A DNA stretch of 43,880 nucleotides from Candidatus Odinarchaeota archaeon (GCA_048885325.1 JBHLPZ010000004.1:1-43880); one strand, 5' to 3'; counted from the stretch's first letter, positions 28,602-37,801 are shown. Notes: generated from the letters alone by a model not told the origin. Program-made: numbers and translations.

Positions 28602-29706
28602 CTTTATTCACAAGGTTGGCTCCCATTGTGAATCCTCCGCAATGAGAGATATGTTTGAATTTTACGGATTTCCCATGTCGGAACCCATGGCATTTGGACT
28701 TGATGGAACAATGGGATTTGCATATTTTGATAGCTCCACTAGATCAGCTGGATCAGAACCATCAGATATAGCTATTTTTGTTGGTGGAAAACAAGATACA
28801 ATTACACCAAATTCCTTAGCCTGTCGGCTTTTAGGTATTACTTTAAAAAAGCAATCATTTACAAGTGCAGATAAAGCATGGGAGGAATCTAAAAAGTTTC
28901 TCTTGCAGGGTATTCCATTATTAATTCAAGTTGATTTGGGCTTCTTGCCTTATTTTGAACAAGAAATACATTTTGGAGGGCATGCAATAACTCTTGCTGG
29001 ATACGATGATGAAAAATGTATTGCATACGTAGGAGATACCGAATTTGAAGGTTTTCAAGAAGTATTAATTGAAGATTTGAAAAAAGCACGAAGTTCTAAG
29101 CATGGTCCTAAATTTTTGCATCCGAGCAATACCCAATATTCAATGCAACGTCGCGTGGACGGAAAACATCCTCCAATTGCCGCGGGAATAAAGTTAGCAA
29201 TCCAAAAAGTCGTCAATCACATGTTAAGGCCGTCAATGAATAATATTGGAATTCAAGGTTTCAAGAGGTTTGCAAATGCAGTATTAAATTGGAATGAAAA
29301 CTTAAAGGGGAAAGTTATTAATCCCTATAGCGGTAAAGAAGAATCATGTGCTAGATTAACTTTTGAATTAATACACGGCTATATAGAAACTTGGGGAACC
29401 GGGGGAGCAAATTTTCGAAATTTGTACAAGTCCTTTCTTATAGAACTCTTAGATCATTCTGAGTTAAAAGAAGGTCAAAAAGCATGGAAAGTTGATGAAT
29501 TTAACATTTTAAAGGATTCTATTCCACATATTACAGCATCTGCTCAAAAATGGACATTGCTAGCAGAAACTCTAAAGAATGCTGCTGATGAATACAAAAA
29601 TGAATGTTTAAAGTACATAAATCTTAATGAACTACACGATCTTACTTTAGAAATGTTATTAGAAGAGGAACAACTCTTTAAAAAATTATCTAAAATTAAA
29701 ATTTAA
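28576..29706 (+). CDS. BtrH N-terminal / DUF4872 papain-like protein, paralog 1
   Basis: HCES (Cys), HFGGHAI (His), YVGD (Asp), GTGGANFRNLY; GGAGG RBS before the TTG. Confidence 0.8.
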   Translation: MTQNHMVNNFIHKVGSHCESSAMRDMFEFYGFPMSEPMAFGLDGTMGFAYFDSSTRSAGSEPSDIAIFVGGKQDTITPNSLACRLLGITLKKQSFTSADKAWEESKKFLLQGIPLLIQVDLGFLPYFEQEIHFGGHAITLAGYDDEKCIAYVGDTEFEGFQEVLIEDLKKARSSKHGPKFLHPSNTQYSMQRRVDGKHPPIAAGIKLAIQKVVNHMLRPSMNNIGIQGFKRFANAVLNWNENLKGKVINPYSGKEESCARLTFELIHGYIETWGTGGANFRNLYKSFLIELLDHSELKEGQKAWKVDEFNILKDSIPHITASAQKWTLLAETLKNAADEYKNECLKYINLNELHDLTLEMLLEEEQLFKKLSKIKI

Positions 29707-29738
29707 TTTATAGGAGATAGGTTATAGGTTATTAGATA

Positions 29739-30755
29739 ATGAGAAATTGGAAATCATATTTGAACTCAGATTCAATTGACTGGTTACTAGAAGAAAATAA
29801 TCCTTCAGTGCGATACTTTACGTTAACAGATATTTTGGATAAGGGTCAAAACGATGATGAGGTTAAAGAGGCACAAGAAAAAATTATGGCCGAAAGTCTT
29901 GTACCAAAAATTTTAAACAAGCAAAAATCGGAGGGATATTGGGAAACTGCTGAAAATTTTTACATTAGAACTAAATATAAAGGAACAGTATGGCAATTCA
30001 TAGTATTATCTGAACTTCATGCTGATGGAAACAATGAAAAGATTCAAAATACTTGTGAATTTATCCTTCAGAACTCTCAAGAGAAGTTAAGTGGAGGTTT
30101 TGCTGCTTGTGGTGGAGAAAATGGCGGTGATCGGAATCATGTTATCGCTTGTTTAACAGGTAATATGCTTTGGGGTCTGATTAGATTTGGATATTTGGAG
30201 GATCATAGAGTTCAAAAAGGGATAGATTGGATTGTTAAATATCAACGTTTTGATGATGGTATAACAAAAGCTCCAGAAGAATGGCCTTATAATGTAGGTT
30301 CTAAGAATGGTGAAGCTTGTTGGGGAACACACACATGTCATATGGCAGTTGTAAAAAATCTAAAGGCACTCTCGGAAATTCCTCCAGGCAAAAGATCAGA
30401 TGGGGTAATGGATATTATCAATAAAGCTGTTGAATATATGCTTCATCATCATGTTTATAAGCAAAGTCATAATTTGGATGCTGTTGCGAAGCAGGAATGG
30501 GTTGAATTTGGTTTTCCTTTATTTTGGAAAATCGATGCTTTAGAAGTTTCAGATATCTTAACAAAATTAGGCTGTAAAGACGATAGAATGAAAGAAGCCA
30601 TTGATTTAATTGTATCAAAGCAAAATGAGAACGGTCGATGGATATTAGAGAAATCTTTTAATGGGCGAATGCAAGCAAATATCGAACAAAAAGGAAAGGA
30701 AAGTAAATGGATTACATTATTCGCCTTAAGAGTGTTAAAACGATTTTATAGTTAA
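29739..30755 (+). CDS. Prenyltransferase/terpene-cyclase-like alpha/alpha-toroid protein
   Basis: WLLE..PSVRY, QW-like repeats KQKSEGYW and KQNENGRW, FGFP, SKWITLFALRVL. Confidence 0.75.
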   Translation: MRNWKSYLNSDSIDWLLEENNPSVRYFTLTDILDKGQNDDEVKEAQEKIMAESLVPKILNKQKSEGYWETAENFYIRTKYKGTVWQFIVLSELHADGNNEKIQNTCEFILQNSQEKLSGGFAACGGENGGDRNHVIACLTGNMLWGLIRFGYLEDHRVQKGIDWIVKYQRFDDGITKAPEEWPYNVGSKNGEACWGTHTCHMAVVKNLKALSEIPPGKRSDGVMDIINKAVEYMLHHHVYKQSHNLDAVAKQEWVEFGFPLFWKIDALEVSDILTKLGCKDDRMKEAIDLIVSKQNENGRWILEKSFNGRMQANIEQKGKESKWITLFALRVLKRFYS

Positions 30756-30772
30756 TATAAATTTATAAAAGT

Positions 30773-31216
30773 ATGAGTAGTGAAAAAATGGTTGATAATA
30801 ATTTAGCAGCACCCTGCGGTATATACTGTGGTGCTTGCAGACAGTATCTCCTCTGGAAAAAAGATTTATTAGAAGAAAGAGGGTATAAAATAGGTTGTAA
30901 AGGTTGTCGAATAAGAAATAAAAATTGTGTTTTTATAAGAAAAGATTGTACGGCATTAAGAAAAAAAGAATTTGAATTTTGTTATGAATGTGATAGCTTT
31001 CCTTGTCAAAAGCTACAAGAAATGGATAATCTTTATCAAGAAAGGTATTCCGTCAATATGGTTAATAATTTAAAAAGGATTGAAGAAATTGGAGTTGATT
31101 TGTGGCTCCAGGAGCAAGAAAAACTCTATACATGCCCTAAATGTAAGGGTGAAATTTGCATTCACGATGTGGAATGCTATGATTGTGGTAATAAAATTAA
31201 TCCAAATATAAAGTAG
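30773..31216 (+). CDS. DUF3795 Cys-rich (Fe-S/Zn) protein
   Basis: APCGIYCGAC, CKGC, FCYECDSFPC, CPKC..CYDC; 15 Cys. Confidence 0.82.
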   Translation: MSSEKMVDNNLAAPCGIYCGACRQYLLWKKDLLEERGYKIGCKGCRIRNKNCVFIRKDCTALRKKEFEFCYECDSFPCQKLQEMDNLYQERYSVNMVNNLKRIEEIGVDLWLQEQEKLYTCPKCKGEICIHDVECYDCGNKINPNIK

Positions 31217-31228
31217 AAGGAGAAAAAA

Positions 31229-32398
31229 TTGGTTAGATTAGTAATAGATGATTTTAAACATATGGCTGGTGCAAATTGCCAAACTTCAAGTTTAAGAAAA
31301 GTACTTGCGTATTATGGAATTGAGCTTTCTGAACCAATGATAATTGGATTGTGTTCAGGGTTGGGTTTTTTCTATTTTTACATGAAAAAAATGCCGTTTC
31401 CAATGGTTTTAGGATTGGCAGTTAAGAAAACCGAGGTTTTTGAAAGAGTTTTAAGCATTGTGGGAGGAAGTGTAAAAGTTACAGAAACAGCATCTGAAAA
31501 TGCTGCCCATAATAATTTAATTACATTATTAGAGAAAGGTCAACCCGCAATAACATTTGTTGATTTTGCATACTTACCTTTCTTTTTTGCAGAGGACACT
31601 CCCATCCCTAATGAACAATCGGGTCATTTTGGTGCCCATACATTTGTAACATATGGAATTGATGAGGAAAAAAATGAAGCTTACATCTCCGATCGATATG
31701 CTAATCCTCATGTAATGTCCTATGAGCAATTAAAGGCAGCAAGGGGTAGCAAATACGCACCTTTTCCAGCCAAGAATAAATTAGTTGAGTTAAACTTACC
31801 AAAAAAAGTTAAAAATTTAAAAGAAATTATTCCTACTGCTATAAAGGCTAATTTAAATTATATGTATAATCCTCCAATCCGCAATATGGGATTGGCTGGT
31901 TTTGAGAAATGGAGAAAGATGCTTCCGACGTGGGTTACCGACTTTAACGATGATAATCTATTGTTTGGTCTAATTTCTGTGTTTATTTACATGGAGACCG
32001 GAGGGACTGGTGGAGCAATGTTTCGAATTTTATATCGGGATTTCTTACAAGAAGCAGGAAATTTGTTGAATAATAATGGGCTTCTTAAAGCTTCAGATAT
32101 GTTTGATGAAATTGTTAATAAGATTCGAGTATTAGAAACTATAATCTTGCCGGATGACCTTCCTAACCTTAGAAAATTAAGAGAGTTATTCCTAAAAAGC
32201 AATAAGATTACGGAAAAAGGAGCGAGCGATTATCAAAAGCAATTGAAAAATCTTGATGATGAATTTGAAAAGCTAACAAATGGAGCCAAAAAGGAAATAG
32301 ATTCATGGAGAGAACGTATCCCCCATATGGATAAGGGAATTCATGAATGGGCAGAATTAGAAACTAAGGCATGGGAACAAATAAAAAAATCAATATAA
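31229..32398 (+). CDS. BtrH N-terminal / DUF4872 papain-like protein, paralog 2
   Basis: NCQT (Cys), HFGAHT (His), YISD (Asp), GTGGAMFRILY. Confidence 0.8.
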   Translation: MVRLVIDDFKHMAGANCQTSSLRKVLAYYGIELSEPMIIGLCSGLGFFYFYMKKMPFPMVLGLAVKKTEVFERVLSIVGGSVKVTETASENAAHNNLITLLEKGQPAITFVDFAYLPFFFAEDTPIPNEQSGHFGAHTFVTYGIDEEKNEAYISDRYANPHVMSYEQLKAARGSKYAPFPAKNKLVELNLPKKVKNLKEIIPTAIKANLNYMYNPPIRNMGLAGFEKWRKMLPTWVTDFNDDNLLFGLISVFIYMETGGTGGAMFRILYRDFLQEAGNLLNNNGLLKASDMFDEIVNKIRVLETIILPDDLPNLRKLRELFLKSNKITEKGASDYQKQLKNLDDEFEKLTNGAKKEIDSWRERIPHMDKGIHEWAELETKAWEQIKKSI

Positions 32399-32417
32399 GA
32401 AGAGAAAATGTGTTAAG

Positions 32418-33089
32418 ATGTCACTAGATATTTTGAAAGAATTGGATATTGAAAAAATGCGAGAGGTCTTTCTAAAATATACAAGAAAAGCATTTAAAAT
32501 TCTTCCAGTGATGAAAAATCCAAGTATTTTAGATATAGGTTGTGGGTCCGGTACCCCAACAATAGAATTAGCAAGGCTTAGCGCTGGAAAGATTACTGGA
32601 ATCGATATTGATCAGGCTGCTTTAGATAGATTTAAATCAAAAGTCGAAAAAGAAGGTCTTTCAAGTCGTATAAGAATATTAAATCGTTCCATATATAATA
32701 CAGATTTTTCAACAGAGAGTTTTAATCTTATTTGGGATGAAGGGGTATTACATATCCTAAATACGAAGAAGAGTTTAGTGGAATGTAATCGAATATTAAA
32801 AATAAATGGATTTTTGGTCGCAGGGGAATTAATAAAATGGATTAATAATAACTTAGAAGTCTTTCCTAAATGTGGTTTTAATCTCATAAATAAGTTTTTT
32901 TTACCAGAGGAATGTTGGTGGAGAGAATATTATTTACCAATGGAAAAAAAGATCAAGGAATTACGTAGTAAGTTTAAACAACCTAAAGAGCTAGAAAAAT
33001 TAAAATCATATGAGAGTGAAATCAACATGGTTAAGAAAAATCCTAAAGAGTTTGATTGCGCATTCTATATTTTTCAAAAAGTAACCTAA
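32418..33089 (+). CDS. Class I SAM-dependent methyltransferase
   Basis: ILDIGCGSG, ITGIDID, FNLIWDEG, LPEECWWREYY. Confidence 0.88.
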   Translation: MSLDILKELDIEKMREVFLKYTRKAFKILPVMKNPSILDIGCGSGTPTIELARLSAGKITGIDIDQAALDRFKSKVEKEGLSSRIRILNRSIYNTDFSTESFNLIWDEGVLHILNTKKSLVECNRILKINGFLVAGELIKWINNNLEVFPKCGFNLINKFFLPEECWWREYYLPMEKKIKELRSKFKQPKELEKLKSYESEINMVKKNPKEFDCAFYIFQKVT

Positions 33090-33109
33090 AAAAAGTGATG
33101 AATTAGAAT

Positions 33110-35614
33110 ATGGATGAAATAAAAGTTGTTGGAGCAAGAATCCATAATTTGAAGAACATAAATGTTAATATTCCCAAGAGAAAAATAATTCTTATCACGG
33201 GTGTATCAGGTTCAGGTAAATCGAGTTTAGCATTTGATATTCTATTTGATGAGGGGATGAATCGATACCTTCAATCCATCGGCTTTCCCCCTAAGTTTGA
33301 AGATGAGAAGCCTTTTGATTTGATCGAGGGGTTAAGTCCCACAGTAGCAGTGGAACAACGAACTACACGCATATTTAATCCACGATCTACAGTTGGAACT
33401 AAAACAGGAATTTATGGACTACTCAGAATGTTATATGCCACTGAAGGTATTTTGATATGCCCTATTTGCAAGGAACCAGTTAATAATAATCTAGAGTGTG
33501 ATTTGTGCGGGATGATCGTTGAAAGGAAACAAATTAAATATTTTTCATTTAATGAACCCTCAGGTATGTGCTTATCCTGTAAAGGTAGGGGGTATACCAT
33601 GCACATTACTGAGGATTTAATCGTTCAAGATAATAATAGAAACTTAGTTCAAATAACAAAAGCAGGGTCAGCTGTTTTTGCTGATCAAATTCGCTTTGTT
33701 GAACAATTACCCAGATTTTACGATTTTGATATTAAAACACCATATAAAGATTTACCGGATGATATAAAACAAGTGTTTTTATATGGTAGTGGTAAAAAAT
33801 TACCTTTTGAGTGGGACTCAAAGACATTTACAGGGATATTAGAAAGAGTGTTTGAAGGAATTATTCCCCATGTAAAACGTGCTCTCGCAGAGTCAAAGAG
33901 TGCTTATAGAAGACATAAGATTCATGAAAATTTCATGTCAATGAAAAAATGTGTAGAATGTGATGGTTACCGAATAAATCAACAAGCGAGAGAAGTTAAA
34001 ATCGCAGGAAAACATGTTGGTGAGTTAGCTATGATGACTATTGATGAATTGATTGTATTTTTAGAAAGTATAAGTGAAGAACATGTAAGAAGTCCACAAG
34101 GTAAATCAATGTTAGATAGTTTATTACAAGGATTAAAACGTATGATTAATGTTGGTCTTTCATATTTACATTTAAATCGTTCTTTACCTACATTAAGTGG
34201 TGGTGAACTTCAACGATTAACTCTTATGACCCATCTAGATTCTGGTCTTGATTCTCTTATCTATATATTAGATGAACCCAGCATGAGTTTACATGAAAAA
34301 GAGAAGGAATCCTTAATTGATATATTACAACAATTGAAAGATTTAGGAAATACGGTAATTATTGTTGAGCACGATAAACGTTTTATAGATATTGCTGATG
34401 AAATAATAGATATTGGTCCCGGAGCAGGTGTTAATGGGGGTGAGATAGTTTATCAAGGCTCGATTGATGGAATAATAGAAGTAGAAAATTCATACACAGG
34501 CCAATTTTTAGCTGGTAATATTAAATTACCTGAAAAACCTATTGAGGAACGCAATATTATTAATACAAATACGAAATTTCTTACAATTAGAAATGTACAA
34601 ACTAATAACCTAAAAAATATTACAGTTAAAATTCCATTGGGAATGATGGTAGGTATTGCTGGGGTCTCAGGGTCAGGGAAAAGTTCTCTAATATTAGATA
34701 CTCTGGTACCACTGATAAAACCATTTTTCAAAAGAGGTGTTGAAATAAAACAAATGAAAAAGGATAATGATGATGAAAATGAAGAAAATGATAAAGACCT
34801 GTTAGAGTACTCTGGAATTATAGAAGGATGGGAAAGTTTAGATGGAGTCATTGTTGTCAACCAAAAACCAATTTCTAGGGTAAGAACCTCCACACCATGT
34901 TCTTTTATCGGGATTTGGGAAAAAATTAGAAATTTATTTGCTAAAACTCCTGAGGCAAAAAAGAGAAAATATAAAGCAGGACATTTTTCTTATAATTCTG
35001 ATAATGGAAGATGTCCTGTTTGTAGAGGTAATGGTGTTCAGGATTTGCAAATTTCATTTCTTAGTAGCTACACAATCCCTTGTAAGGAATGTAAAGGTAT
35101 GAGATATAAGCCAGAAATCCTAGAAGTTAAATATAAAGACAAGACGATTTCAGAAGTGTTGAATATGACAGTAAGTGAAGCATTAGAATTATTTAAATCC
35201 CAAATAAATATTTCTAATGTTTTAAAAATCCTTGATAGGATCGGTATGGGATATATCACACTTGGACAACCAGCTCCGACATTGAGTGGAGGTGAGGCTC
35301 AGCGTATCAAACTAGCGAAAGAATTAGGAAAAACACGCAAAGGTAATTCACTGTATATATTAGATGAACCAACGGTTGGTTTATCATTCTATGATGCTGT
35401 AAAGTTAATGGAATTACTCGAACAACTTGTTAAAGGGGGAAATAGTGTCATTATAATAGAGCATGATCCTCAAATCCTTGCTTATACTGATTATATCATT
35501 GAATTAGGACCTGAGGGAGGACCAAAGGGTGGAAGAATTATTGCTAAAGGTAATCCAGAAGAAATAATAAAATCTAAGGAGTCTATAACAGCAGCTTATC
35601 TAAAAATGAGTTAA
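33110..35614 (+). CDS. UvrA-like ABC ATPase lacking the UvrB-binding domain (class II, DrrC/Ecm16/UvrA2-like)
   Basis: Two GVSGSGKSS Walker A motifs, two LSGGE signatures, two YILDEP, three Zn modules; 834 aa. Confidence 0.9.
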   Translation: MDEIKVVGARIHNLKNINVNIPKRKIILITGVSGSGKSSLAFDILFDEGMNRYLQSIGFPPKFEDEKPFDLIEGLSPTVAVEQRTTRIFNPRSTVGTKTGIYGLLRMLYATEGILICPICKEPVNNNLECDLCGMIVERKQIKYFSFNEPSGMCLSCKGRGYTMHITEDLIVQDNNRNLVQITKAGSAVFADQIRFVEQLPRFYDFDIKTPYKDLPDDIKQVFLYGSGKKLPFEWDSKTFTGILERVFEGIIPHVKRALAESKSAYRRHKIHENFMSMKKCVECDGYRINQQAREVKIAGKHVGELAMMTIDELIVFLESISEEHVRSPQGKSMLDSLLQGLKRMINVGLSYLHLNRSLPTLSGGELQRLTLMTHLDSGLDSLIYILDEPSMSLHEKEKESLIDILQQLKDLGNTVIIVEHDKRFIDIADEIIDIGPGAGVNGGEIVYQGSIDGIIEVENSYTGQFLAGNIKLPEKPIEERNIINTNTKFLTIRNVQTNNLKNITVKIPLGMMVGIAGVSGSGKSSLILDTLVPLIKPFFKRGVEIKQMKKDNDDENEENDKDLLEYSGIIEGWESLDGVIVVNQKPISRVRTSTPCSFIGIWEKIRNLFAKTPEAKKRKYKAGHFSYNSDNGRCPVCRGNGVQDLQISFLSSYTIPCKECKGMRYKPEILEVKYKDKTISEVLNMTVSEALELFKSQINISNVLKILDRIGMGYITLGQPAPTLSGGEAQRIKLAKELGKTRKGNSLYILDEPTVGLSFYDAVKLMELLEQLVKGGNSVIIIEHDPQILAYTDYIIELGPEGGPKGGRIIAKGNPEEIIKSKESITAAYLKMS

Positions 35615-35757
35615 TTTTTTTAACCTTTTGTACATATCTGTTCACATTGTGTAACTTAAGTTCATTTTGATATGATTATTGAGATAATAATTTAAAAAGC
35701 ATCCAATATATAATAGAATAATAAAATAACATATTTTTCTTAATCTGGGATTATCTT

Positions 35758-36882
35758 ATGAAATCTAAAAGACTTATATTATACTTTTTTATTTTTTCTT
35801 GTCTCTTTACAAATATCCAAATTACTAACATTAATAGTATCCATCCCCCTCATCCTGTTGCTCAATCCTGTACAATCTTTACAGTTACTGCGGATGATAA
35901 GGTCTTCTTTGGAAATAGTGAAGATTACGATATGGAAGGAGTATATATATGGCTTATTCCAAGTCAAAAAATTGACCCAGGAACCTCTGAGGGAAAGCAA
36001 ATTATGCATGGAATAATATTTTTTGGATTTTACAATAATTATTTTATAGGTGATGGAGTACCGCAGGGTGGGATGAATGATCAAGGCTTGTGTTATGATG
36101 CAAATGGATTACCAGTCGCTCCCCTGAATGACCACCCCGAACGAAATGCTACATACCCAGAAATACACGTTGGGTTTCAATGGTTATGGGAATTAAGTAA
36201 TGTTGAGGATGCAATTGATTTTTTTGAAAATTACTATTTTGGTACAGCAATTGCAGCACAGATCCACTATGCTGATGCTACAGGTGATGCCGTAGTTGTG
36301 AGTGCGGGAATTGATGGAGAATTCGCATATACGCGTATAAATGATTCAACTTATTTGGTTTCAACTAATTTTAACTTAGCAAATCCATCAAATGGATGGT
36401 ATCCATGTGAGCGCTATGATGCCGCATGTTCTATACTTGACGATGTTAATTCTGAAGAAGACCTCACCGTTGACATTTGTCGGGAGGTTTTAAATGCTGT
36501 AGCTATGTATCAAACATGGTATAGCAATATTTTTGATCCAGTTAATCGTGATGTTTATATTTATTATCATCACGATTTTAGCAAAGTTGTTAAACTGAAT
36601 TTAGATGAGGAATTAGCCAAAATTGTACCTGGGTCTCCTGGAGTTCAATATTTCGGATTTACACATGGTAGAATCTATCCCACTGGGAATGAAAGTGGAA
36701 TTATTGGCAAAATGATTCCAATTGCTGACTTATTTAAACCCGAGCCAATTTACAGAATCATTATCGATGAAAAGACCATTCTAATAATCTCTTTGGCGGC
36801 AATTGGAATTGTTGGTGCAAGTTCATTAATAATTTGGGTATCTGTTGATGAAAAAAAGAAAGCGCATGATAAAAGAAAGTGA
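35758..36882 (+). CDS. Exported, membrane-anchored Ntn-hydrolase (C45/C59-like amidase)
   Basis: Signal peptide, S|CTIF nucleophile Cys, GNSED, GGMNDQGL, STNF, CERY, C-terminal TM plus basic tail. Confidence 0.8.
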   Translation: MKSKRLILYFFIFSCLFTNIQITNINSIHPPHPVAQSCTIFTVTADDKVFFGNSEDYDMEGVYIWLIPSQKIDPGTSEGKQIMHGIIFFGFYNNYFIGDGVPQGGMNDQGLCYDANGLPVAPLNDHPERNATYPEIHVGFQWLWELSNVEDAIDFFENYYFGTAIAAQIHYADATGDAVVVSAGIDGEFAYTRINDSTYLVSTNFNLANPSNGWYPCERYDAACSILDDVNSEEDLTVDICREVLNAVAMYQTWYSNIFDPVNRDVYIYYHHDFSKVVKLNLDEELAKIVPGSPGVQYFGFTHGRIYPTGNESGIIGKMIPIADLFKPEPIYRIIIDEKTILIISLAAIGIVGASSLIIWVSVDEKKKAHDKRK

Positions 36883-36948
36883 AACTATTCTTAACTTTTT
36901 TTTAATTTCTTTTTATTAAAATTAAATTAAATGTTGTTGTGTTAAAAT

Positions 36949-37563
36949 ATGCAAAATCTAAATAAGAAAGATTTTGAACCTGAAAGCCTTACCAATGAAG
37001 CAATAGAAGATCCTAAAATATTAACTAAACTGATAAATAATCTTATAGCTAAAGCTGAAACCATTCGATATAATAGCCATAAAGTCTTATTAATTATAAG
37101 TCAGAATAAACCAGAAGTCCTTTATCCACATTGGGATTTTTTTGTTGATTTGCTAAAAAGTCAAAACAATTTCCATAAAGTTATTGGAATTCAGATTCTC
37201 GCCAACCTTACCAAAATTGATACTAAAAACAAGTTTGAAGATATTTTTGATAATTATTGTAATTTACTTGATGCTAAAAGTGTAATGACAGCTGGGCATT
37301 TAGCAGCGAATCTTGGTATAATTGCTAAAGTAAAACCGAACCTGAGAGATAAGCTAACTAAAGTATTATTAAGCATAGATGAGACCCATCACGAAATTAG
37401 CCGTAAAGACTTAATAAAAGCATACATTATTGAATCTTTCAATGAATTCTTTAATGAAATAGAAAATAAGGAAGAAGTCATTAAATTTATAAAAGCTCAA
37501 CTGAAATGTAAAAGCCCTAAAACTAGAAAATCAGCTGAAAAATTTCTTAAAAAATATAACTAA
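36949..37563 (+). CDS. ARM/HEAT-like alpha-solenoid protein
   Basis: Repeated amphipathic helices (LINNL..IRYNS..; FVDLL..; AANLGIIAK). Confidence 0.7.
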   Translation: MQNLNKKDFEPESLTNEAIEDPKILTKLINNLIAKAETIRYNSHKVLLIISQNKPEVLYPHWDFFVDLLKSQNNFHKVIGIQILANLTKIDTKNKFEDIFDNYCNLLDAKSVMTAGHLAANLGIIAKVKPNLRDKLTKVLLSIDETHHEISRKDLIKAYIIESFNEFFNEIENKEEVIKFIKAQLKCKSPKTRKSAEKFLKKYN

Positions 37564-37588
37564 ATTTGGTTTCTGAATAAATATTCAT

Positions 37589-37629
37589 TTGTCGCAATGA
37601 CATGACAATATTGTGACAATATTTAAATA
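37589..37629 (+). promoter_or_regulatory. Candidate operator abutting the actin TATA box
   Basis: TTGTCGCAAT-N11-ATTGTGACAA (9/10 inverted repeat); TGACAATATT direct repeat at 37603 and 37614; TTTAAATA 37622-37629. Confidence 0.55.
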
Positions 37630-37655
37630 GTTAAATTTATTTTATTATTTTATAA

Positions 37656-37769
37656 TTATATGCTGTAATTCATCAATAGATATTAAAATAGTTCTTGGAT
37701 TTAACTATAATTCAATTTATTTTTACATTCCATTATTTTAAGTTTTTATTGTGAAAAATTAGCATATAA
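37656..37769. repeat. Long imperfect inverted repeat in the predicted actin 5' UTR
   Basis: Arms 37656-37691 and 37733-37769 with collinear paired blocks TTATATGCT/AGCATATAA, TTCA/TGAA, CAATAGA/TTTATTG (one G-U) and TTAAAATA/TATTTTAA. Confidence 0.5.
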
Positions 37770-37801
37770 GTTTGATATAAAAATTGGTGGAGGAATAAAT
37801 T

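Noticed and set aside
29739-30755. Squalene-hopene cyclase or NifH call
   Set aside because: Single domain, no DxDD motif and no P-loop.
23196-35259. Short ORFs at 23196, 23715, 24431, 26073, 26361, 27505, 28889, 30153, 30418, 31987, 32612, 33412, 34453 and 35068
   Set aside because: Shadows of real genes; 26073-26285 is the typical antisense ORF of ABC ATPases, and 23715-24017 is antisense to the more protein-like remnant.
33110-35614. Canonical NER uvrA
   Set aside because: The UvrB-binding domain is absent and no uvrB or uvrC is adjacent.
36949-37563. HEAT/ARM gene as part of the actin operon
   Set aside because: A 238-bp gap containing its own TATA box and operator-like repeats separates it from actin; nothing else links them.
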